The notes: a model not told the origin generated them from the sequence alone. 63,221 nucleotides of DNA, filler included, from Sandaracinaceae bacterium (GCA_947483975.1; 5 parts of 5 records of this genome joined end to end with filler, not necessarily neighbours in it); one strand, 5' to 3'; counted from the whole stretch's first letter, positions 34,646 through 46,285 are shown. Program-made: numbers and translations.

Positions 34646-36484
34646 GTGCCGCAGCCGCTGAACCGCTACAAAGCCGATCTCCGCGAAATCAAGTTCGTCC
34701 TGTTTGAGCAGCTTGGCCTCGCCGAGCTATTGCAGGGTCGCTACGGCGACTGGGACGAGGACACGACGAACGCCGTGATCGACGAGGTGTATCGCTTCGC
34801 GTGCGAGATGAGCGGCCCGTACAACGCCATCGGCGACCAGGAGCCCGCGAAGCTCGTCGACGGTCAGGTGATCGCGCCGCCGGGCTTCAAGGCCGCGTGG
34901 GACCGCGTCTATCGCGACGGCTGGAAGAACCTCTCGGGCCCTGAAGAGTACGGCGGCCAGGGCGCGCCGCACGTCATCAGCGCGGCGGTCGAGGAGTTCC
35001 TCAGCGGCTCGAACACGGCGTGGAGCATGTACCCGGGCCTGACGGCCGGCGCGGCCGAGGTCATCAGCCACTTCGGCACCGAGCGCCAGAAGAAGCTCTG
35101 GGTCGGGCGCATGATGAACGGCGAATTCGCCGGCACGATGTGTCTCTCGGAGTCGCAGGCGGGCTCGGACGTCGGCTCGGCGACGACGACGGCGTACAAG
35201 CAGCCGGACGGCACCTACAAGATCAAGGGCACCAAGTGCTGGATCTCGGGCGGTGATCACGACCTCGCGAACAACGTCGTGCACCTCGTGCTCGCGCGCA
35301 TCGAAGGCGCGATGAGCGGCACGAAGGGCCTCTCGCTCTTCATCGTGCCGAAGATCCGCGTCGGTGAGGACGGCACGCTCGGGCAGCGGAACGACGTCAC
35401 GGTGCCGAGCATCGAACACAAGATGGGCATCAACGGCTCCTCCACCTGTGTGCTGCAGTTCGGCGACGACGACGCCTGCCTCGGCGAGCTCGTCGGCGGC
35501 GCAGAGCATCAGGGGATGCGGCAGATGTTCCTGCTGATGAACTTCGCCCGCATCGGCGTCGGCATTCAGGGCATGGCCATCGCGTCGACGGCGTACCTCA
35601 ACGCGCTCGAGTACGCGAAGGAGCGCAAGCAGGGCTCCTCGATCAAGAATTTCAAGGACCCGGCGGCGGCGCGCGTCGCGATCATCGAGCACCCGGACGT
35701 GCGCCGGATGCTCCTCGACATGAAGGCGCGCGTGGAGGGCATTCGCATGCTCATCCTCAAGCTCGCCATTCACCAGGACCGCGCCGACTCGCTCAAGGGC
35801 AAGGACGACGCGGGCGCCGCGTACCACACCTCGCAGATCGATCTGCTGACGCCGCTCGTCAAGGCGTACGGCTCGGACCAGGCGTTCCGCGTCTGCGAGA
35901 GCGCGATTCAGGTCTACGGCGGCGCGGGGCTCACGCGGGACTTCCCCGTCGAGCAGTACTGCCGCGACTCCAAGGTGTTCTCAGTCTACGAGGGCACGAA
36001 TCACATCCAGGCGCTCGACCTCGTCGCGCGCAAGCTCGGGCAGAACGCGGGCGCCGGGACGCAGGCGTTCCTCGGCGACATCGCGAAGTTCTGCGCGGCG
36101 AACAAGGACCACGCGGAGCTCGGGGTCGCGGTCGCGAACCTGAGCAAGGCGCACGAGTCGGTCGCCGGCACGGCGATGCAGTTCCTGATGTGGTTCCAGG
36201 GCGGGCAGATGGAGCGCGTGCCGCTCGTCGCCAACCGCTTCCTCGAGATGATGAGCGAGCTCGCGGTGGGCTGGCTCTTGCTCGACGCGGCCGCGATCGC
36301 CTGCGAAAAGACGAAGACGGTCGCAGCGGGGCACCCGGACGCGGCGTTCTACGCGGGCAAGAAGGCGGCCGGCATCTTCTTCGCGCGCAACGTGCTCCCG
36401 GGCGTCGTCAACAGCGCGAAGATCATCGCCGCCGGCGACACGAGCCCGCTCGACATCCCGACCGACGGCTTCGCGACCGTCTGA
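34646..36484 (+). CDS. Acyl-CoA dehydrogenase (long ~600 aa type)
   Basis: GAGGAGG RBS; GTMCLSESQAGSD, GTKCWISGG, IEHKMGI, QVYGG, VYEGTNHIQ. Confidence 0.93.
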   Translation: MPQPLNRYKADLREIKFVLFEQLGLAELLQGRYGDWDEDTTNAVIDEVYRFACEMSGPYNAIGDQEPAKLVDGQVIAPPGFKAAWDRVYRDGWKNLSGPEEYGGQGAPHVISAAVEEFLSGSNTAWSMYPGLTAGAAEVISHFGTERQKKLWVGRMMNGEFAGTMCLSESQAGSDVGSATTTAYKQPDGTYKIKGTKCWISGGDHDLANNVVHLVLARIEGAMSGTKGLSLFIVPKIRVGEDGTLGQRNDVTVPSIEHKMGINGSSTCVLQFGDDDACLGELVGGAEHQGMRQMFLLMNFARIGVGIQGMAIASTAYLNALEYAKERKQGSSIKNFKDPAAARVAIIEHPDVRRMLLDMKARVEGIRMLILKLAIHQDRADSLKGKDDAGAAYHTSQIDLLTPLVKAYGSDQAFRVCESAIQVYGGAGLTRDFPVEQYCRDSKVFSVYEGTNHIQALDLVARKLGQNAGAGTQAFLGDIAKFCAANKDHAELGVAVANLSKAHESVAGTAMQFLMWFQGGQMERVPLVANRFLEMMSELAVGWLLLDAAAIACEKTKTVAAGHPDAAFYAGKKAAGIFFARNVLPGVVNSAKIIAAGDTSPLDIPTDGFATV

Positions 36485-36497
36485 CGGGTACGCCTGA

Positions 36498-37959
36498 GTG
36501 TTCGAGGCGCTCGGCCGGCTAGCGCTCGCGCGGCGATGGACCGTCATCGTCGCGTCAGCGCTGGCGCTGGTCGGCTCGGGGCTCGTCATCGCGCGCGGGG
36601 GCGTACTGAGCTCCGGCGAGACGCACGGCACCGAGGCCGATCTCGGGCGTAAGTTGGTCGACGCCGAGCTTCACCTGCCCGGCGCGACGTCGTTCACCGT
36701 CGTCTTCTCGAGCGCGACGCTCTACGCCGATGACCCCGAGTTCGTCGACGCGATGCACCGCGCGCTCGCGCCGATTCGCGCGGACGCGCACGTCGCGTCG
36801 GTGCTCTCGGCGGACGACGCGCCGGACATGGTCGCCGCGCGCCTGCGCTCCGAGGACGCGCACCACGCGCTCGCGGTCGTCACGCTGAAGGACGCGTATC
36901 GCGAGGCCTCGCGGCTCTATCCGGCGCTGCGCGAGAAGCTGCGTCCGGGCCCGCTCTCGATGGCGATCACGGGGTACCTCGCGTTCCGCAGCGACCTCGA
37001 TCGCACGCTCGAGAAGGACCTGCTGCTCGCCGAGGCGGTGAGCCTGCCGCTGACGCTGCTGATCTTGCTGCTCGTGTTTCGCACGCTGGTCTCCGCGACC
37101 CTGCCCGCGTTCGTCGGGAGCCTGTCGGTGACGATGGGCATCGCCGGCGTGATGGCGCTCTCGCACGTGATGGACGTCGCGACCTATGCGATCAACGTCG
37201 CGTCGCTGATCGGGCTCGGCGTCGCCATCGACTACTCGCTGTTCATCGTCACGCGCTATCGCGACGAGCTCGCGCGCGGCGAGCCGTACGACCGGGCGCT
37301 CGTCACGGCGATGAACACTGCCGGGCGAGCGGTCGCGTTCTCGGGGCTCGCCGTCGGCGTCGGGCTCTCGGGGCTCGTGTTCTTTCAAGGCTCGTTCCTC
37401 GCGACGATGGGGCTCGCGGGCGCGATCGTCGTGCTGCTCGCGGTCGTCTTCGCGCTGACGTTCTTGCCGGCGCTGCTCGCGGTCCTCGGTCCGCGCATTC
37501 ACGCGGGGCGAGTGCCGTTCTCGCGCCGCGGTCCGGCGCAGGGCGGAGGGTGGCAGAGGCTCGCGCGCGCCGTGATGAAGCGCCCGCTGCTGGTGCTGCT
37601 GCCGACGCTGACCGTGCTCGTGCTGTTTGGCGGGCCGTTCTTGCACCTGCGCCTCGCGACGGCCGACGTGACGGTGCTGCCGCACAGCGCGGAGGCGCGA
37701 CATGGCTCGGATCTGCTCGCGGAGCACTTCCCCGACCAAGCCGCGAACCGCATCCTCGTCGTCGCGCAGTTTCCGCGCCTTGCTGCGCAGGACCACGGAT
37801 CGGACGACGGCGGCGTGCTGAACGAGCGACGCGCGCTCGCGCTCTACGACCGCAGCGCGTGGCTCAAGACGCTGCCCGGCGTGCGCACCGTCGAGAGCAT
37901 CGTCGACCTCGGCTCGATGTTCGATCGCGCCTCGACCGCCGCCGCCGCGACGACGCCGC
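36498..37959 (+). CDS. MMPL family RND transporter (3' truncated)
   Basis: IGLGVAIDYSLFIVTRYRDEL, TAGRAVAFSG, multiple TMs. Confidence 0.92.
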
Positions 37960-38059
37960 NNNNNNNNNNNNNNNNNNNNNNNNNNNNNNNNNNNNNNNNN
38001 NNNTTAATTAATTAANNNNNNNNNNNNNNNNNNNNNNNNNNNNNNNNNNNNNNNNNNNN
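37960..38059. other. Artificial contig linker
   Basis: N run + TTAATTAATTAA + N run. Confidence 0.99.
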
Positions 38060-39078
38060 ATCGCGTCGGCCTCTTGGGCGGCGCCGAGCAGCTCGCGCAG
38101 GCGCTCGCGGCGATCGGCCTCGGGCATCGCGAGCACGCGCGTCGAGTCGATCGTCAGCATCGGCAGCGGGCCGCTCGACACGACGGGCAGGTGCCCATCC
38201 CAGCGCTGCTGCATCCGGTACTGCAGCACCTCCGGCGTCATGCTCAGCCGCACGATCTCGTTCGCCTGCGCCTCGCCGCGCGCGCGGATCAGCAGCGAGT
38301 CCGCCTCACCGCGCGCCCGCTGACGCGCCGCCTCCGCCTCGCCGCGCGCCGCCGTGATCGCCTGGTCCGCCTCCGCGCGCGTCTGCCGCACGCGGTTCTC
38401 CGACTGGATGGCGCTCTGCGTCGCCTCGATCGCGCGGTTGATCGCGGCGACGACGTTGTCCGGAAGGCGCAGCGCGCTCGCGAACGTCAGCTGATCGATG
38501 ATGAAGCCGTCGGGCGAGAGGCGCGCGGTGATCAGGGCGAGCGCGTCGCGGATCACCTTGGTCTTGCCGGGGCCGTAGATCTCTTGCACGGGCAGCGCCG
38601 ACGCGACCTCGCTGATCGCCTCGCGCACGACGTTGCGCACATAGCCGTGGGCGAGCACGAGCACGTCGCGCTCACGGAAGCGCGAGTAGAGCTTCGGCGC
38701 CTTGTTTCCCTCGATGTGGAACGCGAGCCCGACGTCCGCGTTGATCGTCACGCCCTCGGACGACGCGAACGTGATCGACTCGTCGACGGGGCTGCCCTCG
38801 TTGATGTCGCGCGTCCAGACGATGTTCTGCACGTTCGTCGGGAACTCGATCACCTGCTCAGTGAGCGGGTTGTAGACGACCCAGCCCGTGACGATCGGCG
38901 CGTTCTGCACGCCGCGCTCCGAGCCCGCGAGCCGGATGCGAATGCCGACGTGCCCGGGCTCGACGCGCGAGCAGCTCGCCGAGCCGATGATCACGGCGAG
39001 CACCAGCACGACGACCGTGATGACGACGCTGATGATGCTGCCGCGGGAGGGGAGTGTGGTCGTCCGATAGGTGGTCAC
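38060..39078 (-). CDS. SPFH / prohibitin (band 7) domain protein (3' end at contig edge)
   Basis: N-terminal TM, VEPGHVGI, coiled-coil AEA..A..ARGEA repeats, RWDGHLP. Confidence 0.9.
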
Positions 39079-39144
39079 GCGGCCGACTATGGGCCGTGGG
39101 TGTGCGCGGGGGTAGCGGGTCGCGCTGGCAGCAGCGCCGCGCGC

Positions 39145-40128
39145 TCAGCGGTTGACGCCCGCCATGATCGCCGTCGGATAGCGCTCGCCCGCGGCGGCGC
39201 CCTTCGGCGCGAGGGCGTCGAGGCGCGTGAGCTCGTCGGCGCTGAGCGTCACCTCGAGCGCGCCGAGGTTCTCCTCGAGGTAGCGCACGCGCTTGGTCCC
39301 GGGGATCGGCACGAGGTCCTCGCCCTGCGCGAGCACCCACGCGAGCGCGAGCTGCGAGGGCGTGACGCCGCGCGCCTCGGCGAGCGCGGCGATCGCCTCG
39401 ACGAGCGCGAGGTTCTTGGCGAAGTTCTCGCCCTGAAAGCGCGGCGAGTGCCGGCGGTAGTCGTCCTCGGCGAAGTCCTCGTAGCGTCGGATGGCGCCCG
39501 TCAGAAAGCCGCGCCCGAGCGGGCTGTACGGCACGAAGCCGACGCCGAGCTCCCGGCAGGTCGCGAGCACGCCGTCCTCGGGCTCGCGGCTCCAGAGCGA
39601 GTATTCGGACTGCAGCGCCGTGATCGGGTGCACCGCGTGCGCCCTACGCAGCGTGTCGGCGCTCGCCTCGCTCAGCCCGAGGAAGCGCACCTTGCCCGCG
39701 GCGACGAGCCCCGCCATCGCGCCGACGGTCTCCTCGATCGGCACGCTCGGGTCCACGCGGTGCTGGTAGTAGAGGTCGATCGTCTCGACGCCGAGGCGAC
39801 GCAGGCTCGCGTCGCACGCCGCCCGCAGATACTCGGGGCGCCCGCTCACGCCGCGCACGCTCACGTCGGCGCGGTCGCGCAAGATGCCGAACTTCGTCGC
39901 GAGCACGAACCGCTCGCGCCGCCCGCGCATCGCCTTGGCGAGCAGCTCCTCGTTGTCGCCGAAGCCGTACATATCGGCGGTGTCGAAGAACGTCACGCCG
40001 AGGTCGAGCGCGCGGTCGATCGTCGCGAGCGACTCCGTCTCGTCGCGCCCGCCGTAGAACTCGGACATCCCCATACAGCCGAGCCCGAGGGCAGAGACTT
40101 CGAGCGCACCGAGCTTGCGGGTCTTCAT
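39145..40128 (-). CDS. Aldo/keto reductase
   Basis: [41 protein letters not shown]. Confidence 0.95.
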   Translation of the reverse strand: MKTRKLGALEVSALGLGCMGMSEFYGGRDETESLATIDRALDLGVTFFDTADMYGFGDNEELLAKAMRGRRERFVLATKFGILRDRADVSVRGVSGRPEYLRAACDASLRRLGVETIDLYYQHRVDPSVPIEETVGAMAGLVAAGKVRFLGLSEASADTLRRAHAVHPITALQSEYSLWSREPEDGVLATCRELGVGFVPYSPLGRGFLTGAIRRYEDFAEDDYRRHSPRFQGENFAKNLALVEAIAALAEARGVTPSQLALAWVLAQGEDLVPIPGTKRVRYLEENLGALEVTLSADELTRLDALAPKGAAAGERYPTAIMAGVNR

Positions 40129-40228
40129 CGGCGTCTTCCTACTCGCCGCACGGAGCGGCGCAATAGCCTCGGTGGTGCCTGCGAGCAGGATGTGCGCGTC
40201 GCCGCTGCGCCCGAGGGACTCGGCGCGC

Positions 40229-41455
40229 TCAGACCACCGGCAGGCACCGCAGCGGGCTCCCCGCGGGGTTCGGCGAGAGCGGCGGCTCGGCGGAGTCGAA
40301 CGGCTCGAGCACGAGGTCGAACACGCCGTGATCGAACGGGCGCCCCGGCGCCAAAGACAGCGGCACCAGGCGCTCGCGCAGGCCCTTCTTCTGCAATTCG
40401 AGCGCGCGATGGTGGCAATACGGGTTGTTCCCCGGGCGCCCGAAGAGCACGTGCGAGCTGCCGAGGCAGCCCGCGCGGCAGTCCTCTGCGTAGTAGCAGT
40501 CGGCGCAGAAGCCCCAGAGGTCCGAGGTGCCTCGCTCACGCGCGTAGCGCACGCGCGGGCTGCCGTCGTAGAGCGCCCGCAGGGACGTCTCGCGCACGTT
40601 GCCGCCGACGTACGCGCCCGACGTCATCGAGAGGCAGCCCTTGACCCCGCCGTCGGACTCGATCCCGAGGATGTCGCGCCCCGCGCGGCAGCCGGAGTGG
40701 TAGGCGCCCGGGCGGATCGACCCGCGGATCAGCCCCTCGAGCGGGCCGAAGTAGCCGACGTTGTTCCCAGGCCAGAGGCGCACGCCGCGCGCCCGCCCGC
40801 GCTCGGTGAGGTCCGCGAGCTTCGGCATCACCGTCAGCAGATCGTAGGGCTGCAGCAGCCACTCGGGATGATCCGCGGCGCCGCCCATCGGGAAGGTCAG
40901 CTGCACCTGCCACGCGTGACAGCGCGGCGCGATCACCGTGTCGAAGAGCCCGTCGAGGTCCGGGAGGCTGAGGCGGTTGATCTGCGTGTTGACGCACACC
41001 GGGACGCCCGCCTCGCGGAGGTTGTCGAGCGCGCGCACGCCCGAGTCGAACGCGCCCGGCACGCGCCGCAGCGTGTCGTGCGCTGGCTGCAGGCCGTCGA
41101 TGGACACCGACACGCTCTGCACGCCCGCGTCCGCCGCGAGCCGCGCGCGCTCGGGCGTCATCCCGCGCCCGGCCGTCGTCATCGTCACGGCGAGCCCCGC
41201 GCCGCGGAGCGCCCGCACGATGTCCGTCCAGCCCTCGTGCAGGTACGCCTCGCCGCCCATCAGCGTCACCTCGCGCGCGCCGAGGTCCGCGATCTGCGCG
41301 GCGACCTCGAGCGCCTCCGCCACGCTCAGCTCACGCTCGCGCGGCCGGCCAGCGCGCGAGCCGCAGTGCCCGCACGCGAGATCGCAGCGCAGCGTCAGCT
41401 CCCAGACCACGTACGCGGGGCGAGTGCCGTCGAGGCTCGCAGAGAGTCGGTCCAT
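40229..41455 (-). CDS. Radical SAM/SPASM peptide maturase, PlpX (splicease) / Y_X(10)_GDL-associated type
   Basis: [54 protein letters not shown]...[14 protein letters not shown]. Confidence 0.85.
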   Translation of the reverse strand: MDRLSASLDGTRPAYVVWELTLRCDLACGHCGSRAGRPRERELSVAEALEVAAQIADLGAREVTLMGGEAYLHEGWTDIVRALRGAGLAVTMTTAGRGMTPERARLAADAGVQSVSVSIDGLQPAHDTLRRVPGAFDSGVRALDNLREAGVPVCVNTQINRLSLPDLDGLFDTVIAPRCHAWQVQLTFPMGGAADHPEWLLQPYDLLTVMPKLADLTERGRARGVRLWPGNNVGYFGPLEGLIRGSIRPGAYHSGCRAGRDILGIESDGGVKGCLSMTSGAYVGGNVRETSLRALYDGSPRVRYARERGTSDLWGFCADCYYAEDCRAGCLGSSHVLFGRPGNNPYCHHRALELQKKGLRERLVPLSLAPGRPFDHGVFDLVLEPFDSAEPPLSPNPAGSPLRCLPVV

Positions 41456-41540
41456 GGCAGCCAGTGGGCGCTTGGATAATTGCCGTGATGTTGACCTGCC
41501 TCAACTCGGTCGCTGGGCGCCCGCTGTTACCGTGGTCGGC

Positions 41541-41828
41541 ATGAGCCTCACGACCTGCGTCCACTGCGCGCGCCACGTCCGCGTCACCGAGACTCGCTGC
41601 CCGTTCTGCGAGGGTGATCTCGGCGCGACCACGCCTTCGGTGCTGGCGCGCGGCGTGCGCGCGGCCGTCGTCGTCGGCCTGCTCGTCGGCACCGGCGTCG
41701 CGCTCTCTGCCTGCTACGGCTGCCCGACGCCGGGCTGCTACGACAACGACTTCGGCCCGGACGACGCCTCGCAGGACGCCTCGCAAGACGCCACGGCCGC
41801 GCCCACGGACGGCGCCACGGTCGACTGA
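41541..41828 (+). CDS. Small Zn-ribbon lipoprotein, candidate splicease precursor
   Basis: CVHC...CPFC, hydrophobic stretch, lipobox LSAC followed directly by YGCP; divergent from the rSAM gene. Confidence 0.8.
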   Translation: MSLTTCVHCARHVRVTETRCPFCEGDLGATTPSVLARGVRAAVVVGLLVGTGVALSACYGCPTPGCYDNDFGPDDASQDASQDATAAPTDGATVD

Positions 41829-41927
41829 GCGGCGCGCGGTTCGGTCGGTCGGCAGGCCGACGCGAGGGCTCCCTCGTCGCCGGCGGTGGCGTCGTCGAGC
41901 CGCCACCTGCTGTGCTACCGTGCCAGT

Positions 41928-42200
41928 ATGCGCCCTGGCCGAACCAAGACGACGAGCTTCTCGCTCGACGACGCCACGCTCGCCAACCTGAAGGCGCTCG
42001 CGCGCCGCCGTCACCAAGGGAACGTCTCCGCGCTGCTCGCGGAGGTCGCCTCCCGCGAGGCGAAGTTCGCGGCCGCAGAGGCGTACTTCGAGAAGTACGC
42101 GATCCCGCCGCTGACCGACGACGCGGTCGAGCGCATCGAGGCCGAGTGGCGCGGCGAGCCGCTCCCCAAGCCAAAGGCCAAGCGGAAGCGCGCCGCCTGA
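41928..42200 (+). CDS. vapB: Ribbon-helix-helix antitoxin (VapB-like)
   Basis: TTSFSLD strand plus two helices (GNVSALL); stop overlaps the PIN toxin start. Confidence 0.8.
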   Translation: MRPGRTKTTSFSLDDATLANLKALARRRHQGNVSALLAEVASREAKFAAAEAYFEKYAIPPLTDDAVERIEAEWRGEPLPKPKAKRKRAA

Positions 42201-42571
42201 TGTTCACGTTCGACACGGGGATGCTGATCGCGCTCGAGCGTCGGAAGCGCCGCGCGACCGACGCCTTTCGCAACCTCGTGCGCCGCGGCTATCTGCCCAT
42301 CGTCCCTGCGGTCGTCTACGTCGAGTGGTGGCGCGGCCGCACCGACGTCCGCGAGGCGCTCCTCGCGGCTGTCGTCGTCGAGGGGATGCCGCCCGCGCTC
42401 TGCCGCGCCGCCGGAGAGGCGCTCGCCGCAGTGCGCGGGTCCACGTTGGCCGACGCGATCGTGATGGCCTCCGCCGCGCTGCGTGGCGGCGGGATCGTCT
42501 ACACGAGCGACGTGGACGACCTTCTGCGGTTGCAGCAGCACTTCCCGTCGGTCCGCGTGCTTGGGGTCTAG
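42200..42571 (+). CDS. vapC: PIN domain toxin (VapC-like)
   Basis: FDTG, VYVEWW, LADAIV, YTSDVDD acidic residues. Confidence 0.88.
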   Translation: MFTFDTGMLIALERRKRRATDAFRNLVRRGYLPIVPAVVYVEWWRGRTDVREALLAAVVVEGMPPALCRAAGEALAAVRGSTLADAIVMASAALRGGGIVYTSDVDDLLRLQQHFPSVRVLGV

Positions 42572-42683
42572 CTGCACGTCGGCGCGTCGCAGCCGCGAGG
42601 TCGAGTGGGCCGCCGGGCAAGCGACGAGTGCAGCCTCGCGCCCGCCACCCGATCACCGGTGCCTCGACCGCCGCCTGCCGTCG

Positions 42684-42881
42684 CTAATACCCGATCGGCA
42701 CGCCGCCCTCTCTCGCGCGCAGCCGGACGTGCGTCGGCGCGTGGCGCAGCCGCGTCGAGCACGGGATCACGAGCACGTCGCTCGCGCGCTCGTTCCGATA
42801 GTCGGGCGAGATGACCAGCACCGGGCGCCGCCTGTCGAGCCGCGCCCAGTAGACGTAGCCGCGGCGCGGCGTGGCCGTCAC
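42684..42881 (-). pseudogene. mazF: Truncated MazF/PemK toxin
   Basis: RRGYVYWA...RRPVLVIS...VLVIPCST is the N-terminal half only (65 aa); no C-terminal half seen in other frames. Confidence 0.75.
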
Positions 42882-42982
42882 TCGTAGCTCACGCGGCGCG
42901 CGCGGCTTGAAGCTGCGGCCCCGCAGCGCAGAATCCTCCTGCTTATCGCTCGTGGGTCCTGCTCGAGCCTTTGGGGGGGCTG

Positions 42983-44603
42983 ATGCGCTTCCTGTCGATT
43001 CGCTCTCTTGTCTTCGTGTTCTGTGTCTTCGGTGCGGCGAACTGCGAGGGGTGCGCGCGCGGGTGTTTCAGCCCGGACTTCTCCGGGGGTGGGTGTTTCG
43101 CCGCCGACGCACCGCCTGGCGCGGAGGGGTGAGCCGTGCTCCGGTTGGGGGCGCTGTCTCGAAGGCCTTCGGTGCACGAGTAGCTGCTCTGGCGGGACCT
43201 GTGAAGGTCCACCCAGCGGTGACGCGGGGCACCTCCCGGACGCCGACCCCTACTGGCACGCTCCCTGTCGGCTCACGTCCGAGTGCGGCGCCCGATCGTT
43301 CTGTGGACCGCAGCGGGTCTGCGATACCGCCGGTGTTGCAGCGCTCGATGACTTCTGTGAGTCGACGGCCGATTGCGCCCATGGCCTCGTCTGCGCGATC
43401 GTCGGTCTCTCGACCCGGTGCGCGACGGCGGGCGACGGGGAGCTCGGCGCGTCCTGCGCAGGGGACGCAGATTGCCTCGCGGGCCTGTCGTGCTTCAACG
43501 GAGGCCGCTTCCCCGTGTGCAGGAGCGCTCCCGTCCAGCCGGTCGGATCCCGCCCTCTCCCCGTGGCGAGCTCTTGGGCGGGCGTGAGCTGCGAGGCCAA
43601 GGCGCCCGAGGCGCGCGCGTACTTCGACGTGCCGCGCGCTCCGGCGACCGACGGCGACTTCTATCGCCTCCCCTATCCCAACGACGCGCGGCGCACGGCG
43701 GCGGGGGTCGATCTCGCCGCGGAGGGCCCGGACTTCCTGGAGCTCAACGGGCGCATCGCGCTGCCTATCTTTCAACAGGGTATGCCGCCCTATGCGGAGC
43801 CCGAGGACGGCGGCGCGATCGAGCGCGACGCGGCAGGTGCGCCGACCCTCGCGCGCACGGAGAACGTCTGCTTCGCGCTCACCGTCCCGAAGGCGACGAT
43901 GCCCACGGGCGGCTGGCCGCTGCTGATCTACGCGCACGGGACGGGCGGCTCGTTCCGCGGCGCGGCGTCGGAGCTCGCGGCCGATCTGTCGGGCCCGACG
44001 GCGACGGTGCAGGCGGCGACGCTCGCGATCGATCTGCCGGAGCACGGGGCGCGTCGCGGGGCGAGCACGCGGTCTCCCGCAGACCTCTACTCGCTCCTCA
44101 CGCGCGCGCAGCCTGTGAACACCGCGGCCGTGCTGCCCTTCGCGCTGCGAGATCTCGACGCCACGGGCCACCTCGCGGCCGGCGAGTGGCACCCGGTGCT
44201 CGGGCTCTTCCAGCAGTACTTCGACAGCGTCGACCCGGTGAACTACGCGCGCCGCTTCGCCGCCGAGCCGCCGACGGGCGACACCGGCCGGCACCTCTTC
44301 ATGACGTACGGGCAGGGCGACACCTACTCGACCGAGCCGACGATGCAGTCGCTCGCGCGCGCGGCGGGCTTCCCGATCGTGCGCCCGGTGCTCGTCACCT
44401 TCGGCCTCGGGGAGGTGGACGCGCCGCTCACCGGGAACCGCACGATCGGCACGGCGACGCGCACGCAGGGGCTCCGGCAGTACGCGCCCGATGGCACGGA
44501 CGACGGGCACTTCGTCGCGACGCGCACCGTGCGAGGCCGCGAGGACACGCTGCGCTTCGTGCGCGGCGCCCTCGCGGGAGAGACGCCCGTCATCGGGCAG
44601 TAG
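42983..44603 (+). pseudogene. Degraded Cys-rich lipoprotein / alpha-beta hydrolase-like gene
   Basis: Signal peptide (GAANC) from ATG 42983 stops at 43130; removing one G from GGGG (43126-43129) joins it to the long frame; YAHGTGG present but no GxSxG. Confidence 0.6.
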
Positions 44604-44819
44604 CAGCGCGGCTCAGCGCGGGGCGCGTCGTGCTGCGCGTCGACGGCCTCACCGCGCGCGTGAACGCTTGTGTTTCCGACCGGCCTCGCGTAGCGTCTGA
44701 GTTACAGGGGGCGTGGAAAGCTACACGGCAAAATGCGCGTCGGTGGTCTGCCTTTTCACGCGCACATCGCAGTGTCGTTGGCCTCGGTCCTCCATCTCAT
44801 CGAACTGAGGAGGCATTGA

Positions 44820-45653
44820 ATGAATAAGGTGATTCGTTTGTCGGTTCTCGTTTCGTTGGCGCTTTCGCTCAACGGCTGCGCAGGCATCCTGGCAAGCCTC
44901 TCCAATGGGAATCAAGGCGGATCCCAGGCGAGCTCGAGCGATGCGACCGCGAGCGGCAACGCTCCGTTTGACCCCGCGACGACGTGCGAGCAGCTCACGA
45001 CCGCGTGGAGTAACCAGCGTCAAAGTGGCTCGGTCGAGGCCTGGAACCAGGACAAGGTCGTCTATGTTCGTCGCGCGCTCGAGTGCAACAACTCGGAGGC
45101 TGTCTTCGCTGGGATGTTGCTCGGGCCGATCTCGGAGCCCAACGGCTCGAATCTTCTCGGGGTCGAGCAGGCGGGCGTTCCGCTGAAAGCCGCGTTCGAG
45201 TCTTGGCTCGTCAGCCGAGGCACTGGTCCTGTCGGGCAGGGGTTCCGCTACAACGGAGTGGAGCGTCAGGACTCGCTGCTCGAGACCATGACGTGGGCCG
45301 GCAAGGCTGGCTACGTCGACCTCGGTGAGAAGATCGCTGCCTTTGCCGCGGCCCAGGACTCGCTCGTGCAGTACACGTCGCTGGCGTTCTTCTTGGAGCT
45401 TCGCGAACGCGGCGTCGCGGGCGAAGGTATCGCTCAGACGCTGCTGTCGGACACGAACCCGGACGTTCGCGCGTCAGCCTGCAATGGGCTCCGCACGTTC
45501 GGCACGGCGGCTTCGCTCCGCAAGGTGCAGATCATATCCGAGACCGACAGCTACCAGACGGTTCGCGATGAGAACGGCTACGGCGTTCGGGTCTATCCCG
45601 TTCGCGAAGCCTGCGCTGCGGCGCTGGGTCAAATCCAGCTGCGCGCGGAGTAG
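44820..45653 (+). CDS. Lipoprotein with C-terminal HEAT-like repeat, hypothetical
   Basis: GAGGAGG RBS, lipobox LNGC, LLSDTNPDVRASACNGL and VREACAAALG. Confidence 0.8.
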   Translation: MNKVIRLSVLVSLALSLNGCAGILASLSNGNQGGSQASSSDATASGNAPFDPATTCEQLTTAWSNQRQSGSVEAWNQDKVVYVRRALECNNSEAVFAGMLLGPISEPNGSNLLGVEQAGVPLKAAFESWLVSRGTGPVGQGFRYNGVERQDSLLETMTWAGKAGYVDLGEKIAAFAAAQDSLVQYTSLAFFLELRERGVAGEGIAQTLLSDTNPDVRASACNGLRTFGTAASLRKVQIISETDSYQTVRDENGYGVRVYPVREACAAALGQIQLRAE

Positions 45654-45993
45654 CGCAAGACTTCCGAACGTTTGGCGCGCCGGCACCCCGAAGCACCATC
45701 GCAGCGCGGGAGGACGAACGAAGGCGACCGTCCCGTTCCTGCTCATGCCCGACCTCAGCCGCGCAGCGCGCTCCCCCTCATCGCCTCGAGCAGCGGAGGG
45801 CGGGTGACGAGCGGAGCACCCGTGCGCTCGACGAGCGACCTTCGCTCAGGCCGTCTGAGCGGCGCTGCGCAGAACCTCGCGAGTGGATGCGCCACGGGTG
45901 GCGAGCACGTCACCCGGCCGACGCGGTCACGTAGGGAGCCCCGCAGACCCGCGGCTGGCCTCGGCGGCGCCGTGGTCACGCAGGTGTCACGCA

Positions 45994-46201
45994 GCCCCCC
46001 GCGTCGCCCGCCTGATCTCCGCGCGCGTCATCGGCCCACGCAGATACGACATCGCCCAGCGCGGCTGCAGCAGGCACGCGCCCGTCTCGCTCTGCGCGTC
46101 GCGCACCACGAACCAGCGCGCCGCGAGGTCGCGCAGCACGCGGTCGAGGGCGTCGTGCTGCGCGCCACGGAGGCCACCGAGCGCCTCGACGACGCGCTCG
46201 C
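45994..46201 (-). repeat. Duplicated 3' end of the HerA-like ATPase gene (direct repeat copy A)
   Basis: 208 bp matching 47859-48066 with 3 mismatches. Confidence 0.95.
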
Positions 46202-46249
46202 CTGCTTTGTCAGGACCACGATGTGCGACGACCGCGCTATCGCTCCATT

Positions 46250-46278
46250 TTGACAACGCACCAAACGATAGCTATAAA
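46250..46278 (+). promoter_or_regulatory. Near-consensus sigma70 promoter, probably leaderless
   Basis: TTGACA (46250-55), 17 bp, TATAAA (46273-78); ATG 7 nt downstream; inverted repeat GCTATCG/CGATAGC flanks the -35. Confidence 0.8.
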
Positions 46279-46285
46279 ACCAATC

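Noticed and set aside
45987..46256. 89-aa ORF as a real gene
   Set aside because: It is the duplicated ATPase 3' end fused to antisense promoter sequence
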